Assembly (NCBI RefSeq): GCF_009914755.1
Contig: NC_060935.1
Source: the human T2T-CHM13v2.0 reference genome, Homo sapiens
DNA length: 64,000 nt
Direction: 5' to 3' (one strand)
In this document: in pieces, positions 63,324-64,000 of the stretch
How positions within the stretch are numbered: the stretch's first letter is position 1
Layout: each line of letters begins with the position of its first letter
Made by a program: the position numbers and the translations under genes
Notes under the pieces: model-generated
Database searches by the model: none
What the model saw: only the letters and a program-made list of their open reading frames with translations
Told to the model about the DNA's origin: nothing

Positions 63324-63649
63324 CTAAAGGTTCAAACACAAGATTTCATGATCAAAACTGGATTTTCTATTTCTACTTCGCTTTTTGTCTAATCAGGGCA
63401 AAAACGAATAAAGTACCATAAAATAGATTTTTATGTATCCACACTAGATTTTAGAAATATTATGCACTCAGGGTTTGCTTTGATAACCCTAGTAGTATTA
63501 GTATAATTCTCACAAAGAGATTTATTCTTAAATTTGTAATTGCATCACTACCAACTATAAATGTAATATCCCAAACTTTGGTAAAGTCATCTCAGTGTAC
63601 TCTCCAGAGTAATCTAGAAAAAAACCAAAATACAGACTACTGATTAAGA

Positions 63650-63870
63650 ACCACTGAGTATGGGATACTCTTGTCTGGGTTCAGCTGTTAGTATTTAGCA
63701 GCTGTGACTGTCGACAAGTTGCTTAACCTCTTTGCACTCAGTTTCTTCAACTATAAAGTGGGAATGATAGTAGCCATCTCATACAGCTTTGGTGAGAAAT
63801 ACATGAATTAATATTTGTAGAGCATGTAAAGCTTTCTGACACAAGAAAACATTCAATAAATATTAGCCAT
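63650..63870 (+). mobile_element. MIR
   Basis: CTGGGTTC...GCTGTGAC...CTTAACCTCT...CTCAGTTTC core. Confidence 0.8.
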
Positions 63871-64000
63871 TGTTACCATTGCAGAATCCTCCTTATTCCT
63901 ATAGTAATCCCACTGATGTATTACAGGATTCTGTAATGGTAACAACGACTAATATTTATTGAGTGTTCATCTATTTTTCACATTAGTGCAAATTTAGCTA

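Overview
This is primate, almost certainly human, genomic DNA, recognised from memory as the ATM/C11orf65 junction at 11q22.3. Bases 1-~595 look like the end of the ATM 3' UTR with its poly(A) signal (+). Seven coding exons of C11orf65 (MFI) lie on the - strand between 14502 and 63323. They have canonical GT-AG sites, total 861 nt and splice into one open frame of 286 aa plus stop; the N-terminal exon(s) lie beyond the window. The rest is mostly layered transposable elements: a full-length but inactivated L1PA3, a near-full-length L1PA7-like element, old L1M elements, ERVL internal fragments, solo LTRs, MER47/MER1B DNA transposons, MIR/L2 and about 40 Alus. Nearly all ORF-track calls are repeat-derived. 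I found no convincing new multi-gene system. The most notable structural oddities are: (1) the L1PA3 has no TSD and unrelated flanks, suggesting a recombination or deletion scar; (2) its antisense promoter and extended ORF0 point at ATM; (3) one 16-bp TSD encloses an Alu stub, ~540 bp of foreign DNA and a second Alu; (4) an AluYg6 and an AluYa5 sit inverted ~80 bp apart; (5) a short L1 3' transduction; (6) an orphan polyadenylated insert; (7) a candidate cryptic exon in frame with the C11orf65 C-terminus. Subfamily names come from remembered consensus sequences, and repeat boundaries are approximate unless a TSD is given.
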